Of a stretch of DNA of 64,000 nucleotides, positions 23,510-37,772 are shown one piece after another (position 1 is the first letter of the stretch; the number at the start of each line of letters is the position of its first letter). Both the position numbers and the translations under genes were made by a program. The notes beneath the pieces were generated by a model. That model worked only from the letters and a program-made list of their open reading frames with translations, was not told the origin of the DNA and did no database searches. Source of the DNA: Haliotis cracherodii. Taxonomy: Eukaryota. Where the stretch lies: positions 32,426,001 to 32,490,000 of the forward strand of contig NW_027266265.1 of the NCBI RefSeq assembly GCF_022045235.1. The letters run 5' to 3'.

Positions 23510-26500
23510 GGCCCATCTGTGAGGGAAGGCCAGCATGCATTGCTGTGAGGGTGGGGTGGGGTGGGGGGAGGGGGGGGGGTCGGTCACTCTACATGGACAT
23601 GGCTGTCATTATCTGGATGTTATTCCAGGATATTTATTCTGCTTCCTGAACCTGGTGTCCTGTATCCGAACAAAATGTTAATGTCAAGTTACTCTTAACT
23701 ATTACTTACTATTCATCATTCTTTGTACACTTATCATCTCTTAGAATTTGGTGAAAGTCCTGTAGTGTTACATTGAAGTTTTATTTGAATCTATTAATGA
23801 AATTGTCATTTGTTATTGAAATTAAACCTTCACCTCTTAATCATGTTTCTTTTGTTTTACTTTCTTACTCTTAGAAAGGAGAATTTCCTTGCATTGATGG
23901 AGGCAGAGTTATGTCTCTTTTTCTGTGCCAGGATCCGCTAATCTGGGTTCTAGTCTCCGATTTACTTTGTTTCTGATCTTTTGTCAGTACTTACCTCATG
24001 GATTTTATGAAAGTGGTCATGAGAAAACAAGGTTATTTTGATAAGTGTTATGAGACAATTCCAAATTGAAAACAGAGACATGGGTATATGGCCGCTGTTC
24101 AAACACAAAGGACGTCGCTATATAAGTGCAATAATCTTGGACGCGACGTGAAACCCCATTTCACCTCACCTCAAACACAAAGGTCAACCCAGAAATCTGT
24201 AAATGACCACTCAAGATCATTGTATAATCAACAGAGTATGTTCAAACACAGTTTTAAGTTTACAATCAAAACCAGACATTCTGTTCTTGATTCCGGTATA
24301 GTGATGGAAGCTGGCAGGAATTTGTGTTTTCAGATAGGTATCCCATTCACACTTGGCAAGTAGATAAAAGGCAAGTCAGGTCGTAAAAGGCCTGAACCCA
24401 TGCCCACTGACTTCTGGTACATCTAAGGGATACAACTCTTCTCAGCGAATTGCAACTTAGTCTTAGACATTTGTAAGTGAAAGAATATTGTTTAACGCTG
24501 TAGTCATCAATAACATGCTATTGAGAGAGAGAGAGACAGGTGGAGAGGATGTTGATGCACTGATGTACTGAAAATAATGACCCTCCCCAAAGCTTCTCAT
24601 ATTTTATGATGACCCTGTCCATGTCCATTTTTGATATGACCCTCTCTAAAAATGCAAAGGCACTTTATATTTTGTTATGAAATGCCCTTTACATGACCCT
24701 CCCCATATATGTGTATTATTCCATATGGCCCTCCCCTCTCCCCTAGACACTGTATAATTTTGGGTGACCCTCCTGATTCCCTCTGACCCCATCCCTCAAG
24801 GAATTCTCACTGCACATTATTGTGTTTTCCTCATGGTGATTGGTTATTTTGTGGCAATTGTTCTTCCGTTTGTGAAGAGCCTGTAGCAACATGACATATG
24901 AACTCATTGTTGAAAATACTTGAAGATGGCATTATCTTTTGTTCATCACATAACATCCAGACTTGGATCTGACAAAATTAAATCACTTGGAACGTGTGTC
25001 ATTCCCTGAACGGTATATATTCTCTGCTCATAGGTGAGTGTCTTAAGTGACCATACTGTCCATGTATTCTTATGTCACGACAGTGTCCACGTGATCCTGT
25101 ATCATTGTCGGTATCTGTATTCCTAGGGAACATGGCTGTTGGATGTCAGAGGGACAGTGAACTTGATCCTCCTCTGGTAAGTCTTTAAAGGGAGCGAACA
25201 ATGGAAGCTTTTGAAAAGGTCAATGTTGGATACAAAAGGCAATTCCTTCAGTTTTGAGACATACACCCACACCTTAAACATAGTAATTGTAAGAATTCCT
25301 CAAAGATCTTCTTTGCGGAAGCAATCCTTCTCTGCAATGATTCATGAAGTTCCATGTGGTGCATCTTCCCGAGGTAAGAGTGTCAATGAGCCTATATCAA
25401 TATCTATCAACAGTACTCTACAACAGGCTAGTGGACACTCCTTCCTCGGGAAGATGCATGTGGTGAGACAGAGCTTTTCAGGCTGTCAAGTCAGCTGCTT
25501 TTCACTTGTAATTTACCTTCATGAAAGATGCTGTTCATTCACAGGGTAAAAATATGGTAAATAACGCTGTTATTTATTGACTTGAACCGTTTATTTCAAG
25601 TAAAGTTGATTTTGTCAGCGAAATCTTGCCGACCTGTTAACCACCCACCCTCAAACGTAAAGAAATTGAGTCTTTTAGCAAACATGGAACTTTTGAACAG
25701 CTTGCTGATTGTGATGTTTTGTTTGTTGTATAACGTCACTCAGGAACATTCCAGCTATATGACCTGAAAATAATTGAGTCTGGAGCAGACAAACCAGTGA
25801 TTAATATTATGATTAATGTCTCACCTCTTCATGATACAATGACATGCAGACAAGTCAAGGAGTCTGACACCTGATTCATGAGGACACCTTGCACAACAAG
25901 CAGACAGTGCTGGGACCAATCCTCTAACCCAGAATCCCAACACAGGCCCCATGGTCCCTAGTATGGTGAGCTACCTTTGGCCCAGGTGATCTATACCCCA
26001 GTTTTTTAAACTCACAATATTGTTAACACTGAGCCAACCCCTCATTTGTTTTTCAGATCAGAGGTGATACAGTGTTTAATGTCGCGTTCAAGATTATTTC
26101 ACCTATATAGCTACGTGCATGCATATATGTGCATCTGCGTTTGCATGTGCAGGCTGCTTATATTAGTCTGGACCACAGGAACTCGATGATAGCGTGTATA
26201 ACATAATATATTCGTATAGAAAAAAAATCACACCCCTCTTTATACAAACAAAGTTTAACTATGGATATAGAGGGGTGCGATTTTTTTTCTATACGAAAAT
26301 ATTATGTTATACATGCTATCATCGAGTTCCTATGGTCTGGACTATTGATGTCACGATACAGGTGTCACATAAAACGATACATATCTCGATACAGAAGCCA
26401 CGATATGATAGTATCTCGATACTGCATATACACCATTTTGTGTGGAAAACCCAGTCACTTGACAGAATAGCGTCCATAGACTCACTCATAAAGGTAAAGA

Positions 26501-26530
26501 AGGACAACTGACTAATACCCATCAACATGA

Positions 26531-26699
26531 GAGAGGGAGAGAGAGTATGGTTTTATGCCGTTTTTAGCAATATTCCAGCAATATCATGGCGGGGGACACC
26601 AGAAATGGGCTTCACACATTGTACCCATGTCGGGAAACGAACCCGGGTCTTCGGCGTGACGAGCGAACGCTTTAACCACTAGGCTACCCGACCGCCCCC
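26531..26699 (-). mobile_element. SINE family A, full length
   Basis: Near-identical to 1177-1361. 13-bp TSD CCCATCAACATGA at 26518-26530 and 26700-26712. Confidence 0.9.
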
Positions 26700-29600
26700 C
26701 CCATCAACATGACACCAAGTAAAGTCAACTATTCTGTATGAGAAAATAATAAGAAACAAACAAGTTTATGTACTATAGGAATAGGACAGGCAGCAATGAA
26801 ACGCTGGTCAGTCTTGTTATTGGGCTGGTTACATTCAAAGTTTGCCGACAATGGTATACTGGTGAAACGCAGCATCACTAGTCTGGACTATGCTGGTTTT
26901 AAAGTGATAGCCCACTAAGATACCATACCACAGTTTTAACATGAACAGCCACTTAGGCACAGTATAATGACTCCAAGCCGACCTGTCCTTGTTTTATCCC
27001 TTGTTTAATGCCGAGCGTGAGGCAGGGTAATAAGTACCACCTTTTAACGACTTTTGGTATGTCGCAGCACGGGATCGAATGCCCGACCTTGCTCCCAACG
27101 CAAAATATTGATCCACTAAACCTCTTCTCTTTTTTGACAGAAACAGACACAAGACAATATGTATGGAAAAACAAATTTATGATATACAAATGTATAAAAA
27201 CAATAAATAGAAACATTGTCAAATACAACACAATAATAGAAAGATTTATGCATGGGCAATTTACAAGATGCAGTAGTATCTGTGAGTAAAATATACTAAG
27301 AATCCATGGATATGTATATATTAGATATACTGCATATAAGGTAAATTTGTAGCAAAGTTTCCAACACCTTTTCCTGGCAATAAATTGGTCTGCATGAAAC
27401 AATGGTAATATGAAATTCCTAGACATTTGATTGTCAGCATTGTCTATTGATAAGATCAAAAAAGAAATAATAGCAAAAGTGATGAATAAGTTCTTATAAA
27501 GTTAAACATCTAGAAAAAGGAGGTCAAAAGTGACACAATCAGCTCCGTGAAATCATGTTTTATTGGACTACATGTATGTTAGAATCCTGCATCTTGGTTA
27601 CTCTCCTGATTTTTGTATATTGTGGTATTTCTATCAATTTTCCTGGCATTTTTCATGTGAACCAAAATTTGAATTTTTTTTCAAATTAAATACTCCACCA
27701 TAGAACTGTTTTTGCTCAAATGAAACAATTGGAATTATTTATGACTTACGAGAACACAAAGACTACAAAGGACAGGTTGGCAGAGCATCGGATTATTTAG
27801 GTTCATCACTGTATTCATTATTGTTGTGTTGTTTACTTACACAAACCACCCTTACATGTTTAAACATTATGGCAATCTCATTAAAATAAGATGGTTTACT
27901 CTCATTTGGTTCTTCTCTGCATGAAGATGTAAAGACTTTGACCACCAGCCTAAATGATGTGGCTTGTGTCTGCTTGACATGGCTTCATGTCCGTGTGGCC
28001 TCAATTCAGAACAAAATGCCCTAATAAAAGAAACCCAACCCAAAACACAAAAGAATTCCGTCAAAAGTATGCCATGTTGGGTGTAGATGCCAAAGCACTC
28101 AGAATTTGCAGAGTGTATAACATATCCACAACAGTATAATAGTGTAGCCCTTAATATTTTCCATTCCGAACTGCCTGTTTATGTTTGTTTTTGAGAATCA
28201 GAAATCAGACATGCTGCTCTGAATGCTTCTGCTTGAACAGAGAATTTAGAAGCCTCCACACTGATTGGCTGATTAGAGGGTTCACCTGACATGACTGACT
28301 ATGGTCGGACATTGAGGGTTTGTCAGATCTTCATTCAGAAAGGTATTAAATTGGAGTAATAGATCTGATTTAAATGAGAATGTATATTGTGTATACTGTA
28401 TATAAGTTACATTCATAATATATCTATGGCAGGATTAGCTTGCAACTCTACAATAACATGAGACTTCACCATGCAACAGTTAAATGGGACAATGGTTACG
28501 TTATCATCCCATGTTGATGAACTTCAAGAACACACGTTAACAGATGATTTCAAGGATTTCAAGAGGATAAAATATTATAATTTGCTTTTTTGCACACTTT
28601 CCTATACACCTCTTTCGTAAGGGACTGTCATTTATAATAAAGGGGGTTGGAGCGGAATTGGTCTTTGGACTATCATATTTTGATGACTCCCCATTTTTTG
28701 TAACATCTCCCTCCTTCCCCCCCCCCCCCCCCCCCCCCCCACTGTAACATTTTACATACCATATTTTCTTGAGTATAGTGCACACTTTCTCCACAAAAAA
28801 ACACAGCTGTGTAGGATATTATTTAAAAAAAAATACAACTGACATTTTTCATGCCCTCCCCTCTGATATAGTTGTGGTAAATATTGACGTCCCCCTTTCA
28901 CTCTGTCATATTTTCATGACACCCTCCTTGAATAAATGATCAGTCTTCCTAGCAGTAAACGGAATCATGTCTCACTAGTCTCAAGATTTTAACATAACAC
29001 TGGCTCTCAGGATGCTCAATAACAGCTACAAAAAGCATGTATATTGGGAAGATTAATACACTTTACCCACTATGCTAGACAGGAAAGCAAATCTGTTTGT
29101 GTTATTGACACTTCTGTGTAACCCAGGCTTTGGGGCTCATTTGAGCTATATAATCTCATTGTGTTGTTACACCATAGGAGCTTGTTCTGGTGTGAGTATT
29201 GTATGCTTGGGCAGATATATTGTAAACTGTTTTCAAACTGTAGTAATGAGAAAATGCAATAAGAAAAGAGTACTTTATAACTAGTACCTAATAAAACTAA
29301 CAGTACTCACTGTAATAGGCTTAGAAAATTGACAAAAGAGGTGGTTATTAAAACCATAAACACCAGCTTAAATTTGTGGACTGAATGGTACTGAACAAAC
29401 TGAGAACAAACGGGGAAACTAACAGTTCTATAACAGTTGGTAGGCAATAATATACCCCTTCCATGCTGCGTTTTTCAGTAAATTATCTGTAAAATACACA
29501 AGAAAATATGGACTATTTTTTTAGTTTTTGATTTTTGTAAGTTGCACTTTTATAAAAATTACTTATAGAATGGTCTAGAGAGTTGGCTGAGGGTGCTTAT

Positions 29601-30910
29601 TTAAGTAGAGTGCTTAATATGTCTGATACGATATATTACCATTTTGACATCTGGAAATAGCTAGGATTGTTCAATATGTCATCTTCAGTGGACACTCCAC
29701 AATGACATAACACCTAGAAACAATTCAAACACGTTCTACTATACATTATAGAACCATAATCTATGTAATAACTGCTCCGATAACTGCAATGATAAAAGGG
29801 ACGGTGCACGTTATGATGTTAACTGTACACATGCTCAAGGAGACATCTGTGAACAGAGGTAGACGGTGTTCATATGTTCATGTCATATGAACATGTTCAA
29901 AGCACCTTTTGATGCTGACGTAAAGACAATATCCACTTGGATTCCTTGCTTTGCCACCATGCCAGGTGTTCAAACTTCAACACCCTGAACTATGTGTTGG
30001 ACAGCAAGACAGTTCATGCACTGTGACGATGTGTCTGTGCGGCAAATCCCTTACCCCTTTCCCTTTTTGTTATCTCAACCTTCAAGTGGTCGGTAAAATG
30101 GTCATAAAAAACAAGGGCAGGTAATTAGAGATTGCAAGAACCACGGGAATGGATCCAGGAATTAGTGTAGGTTTACCAAATTGCTAGCCCTGGAGATATG
30201 CAAGAAGAGATTTCACCGGAAACTACACTGTAAGGATTTTGCCTGTGCATAAACATGATACATTATAAAGATGTCATGATACATTTCCTCATAAGCATGA
30301 AGAGTGTGTAGAACTGGCACTTTGGGGGATTTTTATATGTTCCTTAAAATTCAAGGTTTTGACAGAAACAAAGTAATCGTGTTATAGTGTTAGCAGCATG
30401 TATCACCTTATCAAGTTAAGAATTGTGAAATGCTGATTTTTAGATTGTGTAAAAATTTCAATATTCTGAGTGAAACAGTAAGAATAATCACACAAAATCT
30501 CAAAGACATTTTGAGTCTATGTGAATGCTGTTAAAAGTTGAAACAATGTAATATTCTTTTGAAAAAGACTATTTCCATTTGATGGACATTTGATAAACAA
30601 ATCGATTTGTCAAATTTCAGGTTGATTTTTGCAATGTTTCAGTTTCGAATTAACTTTAATCACAGATATTTTTTAAGGCATAAACCCATGTACGCCAACA
30701 GACATTATTAACAGATATTGTAATCTTCCCATATGTGGACACTGGCCTTGGTATCTGCAAAATAATAACTACCGTATGAGATTCAATGTATTGCCTGAAG
30801 ATCACATCCAGCAAAATACCTGAACATCTAGTGACCAACACGAATACTTATATTATTTCATTTTAAGTGATTCTTCCAACTAACTAGCCTGTAGCAGTGT
30901 TAAACTAATC

Positions 30911-31400
30911 CATCTCTCTGAGGCAAGGGTGTTAACTGACTGTAAAAGTCCAGTTTCCACCCTTGTCGAACTAGGCTGGAATTTCTGGGCTCGATCTTAG
31001 CACCATCAGTGAGTTATGTACCTTCTATGTACCTTCTGTTGACCAATCAGATTCCACCTCTCATATCACGTACATATGGTTCAAACAAAATGGCAGCACA
31101 CATTCAAGGAGGTCTTGAGGTTCTTACTTCGCAAAGTGCATCAAATCCTGTGAGCACCTTGATTAAAAGCATGAAAAGATATAGAAAATATCTGTTGATG
31201 CTGTGTTGGCAGTACACATGGTTTGCAAAACCTGCAATCAACCAAAATCAGCAGTTTACGAACCATTCGCGATTTTGTTTTACTATTTTGATTGGACAAT
31301 GCACAGACTTGTCAGTCCAGCCAAGATGTAACTCTATAATTCCAGCAAGGGTGGAAACTGGACTTTTATAGTCATTTAACTCCCTTGCCTCAGGAAGATG
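30911..31400. mobile_element. 490-bp TIR element with 9-bp TSD (Mutator-like MITE)
   Basis: Inverted arms of about 55 bp (CATCT..CTGAGGCAAGGG.GTTAA.TGACT.TAAAAGTCCAGTTTCCACCCTTG). AAACTAATC duplicated at 30902-30910 and 31401-31409. Related arms at 50537-50790. Confidence 0.8.
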
Positions 31401-32192
31401 AAACTAATCAATACTAAACGATTGTCTGGCACAGTATGCAATGAGCAAAATATGTACATACATGACACAATTCTAGAGAAAGAAATACTGAATCTCAATG
31501 ACTGTTCTTATGCAGTGGAGCCATGTTAATACAAAGTCCAGTGGACCATTGAAAATAGAGCAACATATCTGTTGTTCAATTATTATTGACTATCAAGCTG
31601 GATTCTGTTGGGATGGGTCAGGTATCTTCAACAAGGAAAAGTCTTCAACATAGTCATCTCTACTAGTCTATACTAGTTTGAAATCTGGAAGGACTAATTC
31701 GCCTATCCTCAAATTATTTAAGCTATTTAAACACAAGTCCAAATGAGCTGTGGACTAGTAGAACTCCAAGTGTCCCCACCTGTTGGTGAAGTTTGGCCAG
31801 TTACAAAATATACCTGCTTCTTATGACTTATTCAAAACTGAATGGGCACTTAATAGGGAGTGAGGATTCCATTGTATTTCTTGAGTAGGTTGCAAATTTA
31901 TGAATTATTATTCTTATGTACCATTTAACCGATCTTCTGACCATGCCCACTGCATCTTGAAGTTTGAAGAGATGGTCTGAGGCCATGGTGACCCATGGCT
32001 TGGTGCCCTAAAAATATGACACTCTATGAAAGGAATGGCATGTTACAAAAAGTCGGAATATAGTGTAAAAATGAAATTTGATTTGGAAAATAGACGTAAA
32101 GGGTCACTAACATATCATGAGAAACTGGGACTTTATTGTTACAAGCCTCACTGGGGTTTTGCTGCATATGATTCTCCCACGTGAGTTCCACA

Positions 32193-35100
32193 TCAGTCAA
32201 CATCAGCCAGCACCTGGTCTGTGAGGCCATTACACTGGGCGATGCGGTCCACGTGTTGTCTGTAGATGGTCATGTTGTACATGAAGCTCGGGACCCGGGT
32301 GTTCTCAAGGTCAGCGTACTCCTCCAGCATGTCAATATCCTCATGGGCAATCTTCCCCAGCTTCAGTAGAAGGCTAAAGTTGATTGTGCGTCGGCGCTTC
32401 AGGATCTGTAGAGCGCCTTCCAGGTAAACCTGGTCCTTGCAAAACCCACCTGAAACAGGACAATCGAAATATTGCCAGACAATAGTAAGAGCAACATGCC
32501 TTCTTCAAGGATCTGGTCACTGGTGATCTTTCAGTGTCGCTCAATCAGTGCATTTCTGTCTACTAGTTCGAACTTGTCCTTAAGCATTTATTTCCAGCAA
32601 GTTTTGATTGGCGAGTGTGTGAGTTGGGTCTTTTGCTGCTTTTAGCAATTTTCAAGCAAGATCATGGCTGGGGACACCAGAAATAAGGTGAGGTGATGTA
32701 AAAGGGGGATTAATGTCACATACAAGATTATTGCATTTATACGTGGGTTTGTGTGTGTGTGTGTGGTTGCTTGTAAAAGTCTGGACCAATGCCGATTTTA
32801 TAGTGCTAGCCCTCTGAGATACCATGCTGCAGTTTAACACAAACACCCCACTCAGACACAGTATACTGACTCCGAGCCGACCAGTCTTTGTCTTAGCCCC
32901 TTAATGTCAAGCGCCAGGCAGGGTAACAAGCACTGGTACCGTCTTTCAACATCTTTTAGTATGACACATACATTCGGGTATCAAATCCCAGACCTTCCGC
33001 TCTCTGGGCAGACACTCTACCACTAGACCATGGAGGCGGTCCACCACATTGCATCCATTGCAGCCATGTGGACAAACAAACTCGAGCCATCTGTGTGATG
33101 GGCAAACACTTTAACCACTAGGCTACCTTCCTGCTAAGTTTTGATCGGATCATATAAACTAGGGTTGTCACAATTCACTGATAACACTTTTGCCCACCAA
33201 ATTTTTATGTTTCTATTCTGTATCAAATTTAATTTTTTTAATATTTACCATTTGCAACAACCCAGCCTGATACTAGTAACTACTGTGGTTTGTGTTACCT
33301 TACTGCCTTTCATGGAACAAAATACTACATCTGATCCATAGTTGAGAAGGTAACAACAAACACACACAAAATGCTCATAACAACAATGAGTGAGTGAGTA
33401 GGTTTTACGCCACTTTTAGCAATATTCCAGCAATATCATGGCGGAGGATACCAGAAATGCGCTTCACACATTGTACCCATGTCGGGAATCGAACCTGGGT
33501 CTTTGGCGCGACGACCGAACGCTTTAACCACATTAGGACTATGACAAGGACCCTGTAATAACATGTAGTGGTATGTGTTCAGTCGACAGGAACACAAATC
33601 ATGCAAAGTTAAACATTGGTCACAGAGTGTAGGTGGATGTTCGGATATTCAGTGGCTTGACTTCTGAGTGTTTTGGGGGCCACACTGTAAGACATATGTT
33701 ATATGTGGTGTCTCCTTAGGCAAGAGACTTTGTTTGAAATATGCCTGTGTTCATTCAGCAGTGAATGGGTACCTGGTAATGATAATAATGAATGATGGTA
33801 ATGTGACTGTTAACCTTCTTGCACCTCACAGGCACCTCGGGTTGTATACTCCTCAGGGAGCTGAGAATGCAAATCAAGCACACGCTGATCTATTGACAGG
33901 GATAATTATGTAGTGTTTTGAGCAGGCTTTAGGTTGTGGATTTAGCGGATTATAAGTATGCACATTATTATTATGGCCAGACGTTATCTTTACCTGGAAG
34001 TGATGTGTCTACCTGTCCACGCTTGGCTCGTATACAGTAGTCCCACCTGACGTCAGGGTCATGGACAAACTGACCTAGGTCTCGGAACAGATCTTTGAGC
34101 GACATCTCCGATGCCTTGTATGCTGTGTAGTAGAGGAGTGCGGCACGCCACAAACACGGGTCGGGGCGGAACAGGACGCTGTGGAGGGAGGCAAGCCCCT
34201 CCTCCGTAGGGTTGAGAGGTTTCAGACCTAGCTCTCGTCTCGTCTTGAAGTTGTTCCAGGGCTGGTAGCGGTTGTTCAGACTCCGCAGATAATGGGTTCC
34301 TGCACAATAGAACATCTTCAATATTCAAGGGTATAATATGTCCATTCTAGTATAACAAACACCCTGATTGACTCTGAGACAAGACATGTTCTCAAACAGA
34401 AATAATAATGTTTTATGATGATGTCAAATTTTTTAACCATGTTAATTTGTTACAACTTTAATGTGATTCATAACAATGTTCATGCGTTGCCGTTTAGATT
34501 GAGACACGTGGGTTACAATAAAAAGCAGGCACATTTTCCCTTTATGTAAATTATTTACAGCGCATGTGGCCTGATTAGACTGATCGGATTCAACCGCAGC
34601 CAAAAATAATTAATTGAATGATAAATTTTGTTTACGATTTTGTTCCACGCTATATTGAGTAAATTGTGTACATTTGATTCAACAAAGGATATTGTTTGGG
34701 GCTAAAGTTGAATGTTTTCTAATGCAAAATGTTCAAAACAATTTACATTTACAAAATGCTCTGTTTTACTTGGGTACAACTCCAACATTCGGTTACATCA
34801 CATCATACTGGCATGCAAAAAATATATACATGTATCAAGTATTAAGAAAAACAAATTGTCACTTGAAAAGTTTCTGAAGACTTTAATTGATATATTTCGG
34901 TTAGAGAAATCAATTGCACACAAACCAATACAATAAGACAGTTTGACAGAAAATGGAAAAATTTGGCAAATGAATTGTCTAGTTAATGTATGTCTCTATC
35001 CTTTTTTTTCTTCTTTTTTTTAACATGGACAATTTCCACTCATGTGCTGTAAGGATTTAGCTTCACACTTAGTTAGTAACCATGGCAAATGTAGCCTGTC

Positions 35101-37159
35101 CGCTTCACCATTGGTAAACATTGTTCGACACCTGTACCCAACTTAAATTTGCTGTCTGCGGTATAGGTATGTTACCTACATCTAATAAGTATACCACATG
35201 ACATGCTACTCAATGTATAACTCTGTAATATCATATACTAAATTGAATAAAAAAATAAAAAAATAAAATAAAGAAAGATATTGTCTTTTCCAACGTATTT
35301 CTAAACGTCAATATTTGTGTTAATTCATACATGATTAGAATGAATAAAGAGCCTGTCTTACCAATCTCATGTCTGAGCAATCCTTCTGCCCACTGCTCTC
35401 TCAGGTTAACAACGCGTACATTCAACATTGGTTTGCCCTTTGACCTTGTCATAGACCCACGTGAGATGAGGTCCTCGCTGAGGTTGAGACAAATCTCGGA
35501 CTCAAGGTCCTCCTTCCTTAAGAAACGCTTGACAAGACACAAAATCTGTGGCCTTGTAAGAATGCGGCCACCAGTCTGTTCCTCAAATACTTCATAGCTG
35601 CCATAACGCTGTATAGCTATCTCCATGATGAGCTTGGCCTGAAATTGTCACAAAAAAGGATGAAGTGACTTATATAAAGCCAGAATAACTTTATTATTAG
35701 ATTTTCATCCATGCCAACAAAACTTCCAAACACCCTTCCTTCCCTCATTTTATCGTCCCCAAGTGCCTGCATATGAAGAAAATCACTATGCTCCCTATAA
35801 ATCTACCAAAGAAGTCCAGCCAAACATCCATACTCAAGTCAACTTCATCCGTGGAGAATAAATGTATGCATGCCCTGAAAAAATTAAAAATAAACCGCTG
35901 CCCGCCTCACATTTTAATAATATATTATGACAATGATCATAAGCACATTACTAGCGACAGAAATTGGCAATAGTCCTGTAGTCCTTGCAAACTGCCCAAC
36001 AGTTAAGGTTTCATAAGGACTAGCCAACATTTGCCATTTTAAGGGATTTGCTATATGTTATCATTATAAGGACTAGTGGACTAAAAATGTTAGTTTCTAT
36101 TGCTGAATATCATTTCAAATTTCCAGATTTATTGTTCTCTTAATGGATGAAAACCACTATCTTGCTAAATAAACTGTGTCAACCTACTGCTAGTGGTTCA
36201 AGTTTCAAATGCAAGCGAAATACAATTGTTTCATTAGAATTCTTGATCATCCTCTAGCTGCTTTCTTGTCATGCTTATGACTATATAATGGTAAACGCAT
36301 ATTATGAAATATCGGTAGCATAATTTGTCAGTTGCTTGCATCAACTCTTCAAGAGTAACTGAGAATCAGAACAAGTAGCAAAGATTTATCTAGACCTGCC
36401 TTGAGTCTGATTTTCGGTCCCAAGTCGGCAGAAAACGTTAGTAATATTTCCAAAACTGGAATTAAATATTTACGAATTCATGTTAGTACAATTATAACTA
36501 ATGTTATGATGTTGTATTTCTCTGATAACAGGATCAATAAAACAGAAGAGGCATTAATGCGTAGTTTTATATTAAATTGTAGGACCCTCCTTAATATTGA
36601 ATACTGCATACCGGCACTACTATATATTTCTTACCTGAGACAGATACTTGTCAGATGGACTAGTGAATCTACTCAGCACTTCTGGTTCAGCTGGCGTTCG
36701 GTAGATAAACAGTGGGTTATAGTTGAAATTGGCTCTCATGAAGCGTTCCTTTTCTGCACGTTCATTTTCAGGTTTGATTGCTGCTAGCAATGGTACTTTT
36801 TTCCGACGTTCATGTGCTTGGGATGAAACTACTTGACCAGGTTGGCGAGGATTCGGTGATGACAACGTATTAATTCTGTTAGGCGTTGGTGCTCGATTGA
36901 TTCCTGGTAATCTCGTTTTTGAGGTATAAGTGTCAACATTTTCTCCACTACTTTCAAATGAATTTGCTATTCCATGTGAAACATCTGTGTAACTAGAAGA
37001 CCCCAGTGACTGTCTTTTCCGTAACAGTTTTTTTCTCCTTTTCTTTCTGTTGACAGATTCGGACGACACTTTACTGTAATTAGTGTCAGGGACTGTCATC
37101 ACATCTGGATAGTTGGCCGACTGTATTGGCACTAAAGGACCATGTATGTCACTTGCCAT
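32193..37159 (-). CDS. MATCAP: MATCAP/KIAA0895-family tubulin metallocarboxypeptidase, about 454 aa; exons 36635-37159, 35362-35638, 33994-34299, 32193-32449
   Basis: Exons join in frame (1365 nt, ends TGA). Contains AIKPENERAEKERF..NFNYNPLFIY, the HEIGTH zinc motif split by an intron, NPTEEGLASLHSVL, RWDYCIRAKRGQVDTSLPG and GFCKDQVYLEG, all typical of the family. The start codon is the least certain part. Confidence 0.9.
32612..33130 (-). mobile_element. Family D SINE (about 32686-33041) nested inside an old family A SINE
   Basis: The family A tail (32612-32685) and head (33042-33130) flank a complete family D body. Confidence 0.75.
33615..33973 (+). mobile_element. Old CORE-SINE-like element with (ATT)n tail
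   Basis: GTCTCCTTAGGCAAGAGACTTT...CATTCAGCAGTGAATGGGTACC resembles the CORE domain; ends TAGCGGATTATAAGTATGCACATTATTATT. Confidence 0.55.
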
Positions 37160-37691
37160 TGAAAGACTGTCAGGTTCACAATATCAAAGCATTTCTGAAC
37201 AAATTATCAAATCTCATTCTCGACAGAGAAATGGAAGGTTATGTATATGCTTACAAGGAAAAACTCAAAGTAGTAAAATATATTTCTGGCAGAACGGTAT
37301 GAAACTGTAGTGTAGGATAATTTGTCTAATTAGATAAATAAGCCTAGCTAATAATGCAATTTAAAGACAAGTTAATGGACCAAATCATATAACTCCATCG
37401 GCTGACAACATGACCACTGTCAAGGTCATTTCTGAAGATAGCCAAAATGAGGTGTTGAAGAAAGAACTGTGTTATTGACAGATCATTGACTCTGTCGACC
37501 CGTTGGACCTGTCGATACGTCGGAGATGATGACAAGATAGCGCCTCATGCAAAACACTAACTAACTACTCCAACACGTTTCGTTGATTAACCCAGTTATA
37601 CATCAATGGCTGTCATTTCATATCATATTCTGATTTTGTTCATTTACGAAAAGCGTCATTCAGTTTTTGTGAGAAACGTAAACACAACTTT

Positions 37692-37772
37692 CGGCGGCCA
37701 TGTTTTCCTGTTAGTCATCGCCTTGGCAACGTACAGGAAGTAAACAGTGCGCGTTGAAGAGTTGTTGCCCTT
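37692..37772 (-). promoter_or_regulatory. Probable MATCAP promoter: YY1-like AAACATGGCCGCCG, X-box ATCGCCTTGGCAAC, ETS-like CAGGAAGT
   Basis: Clustered motifs in a CpG-rich patch about 550 bp upstream of the ATG. Confidence 0.5.
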
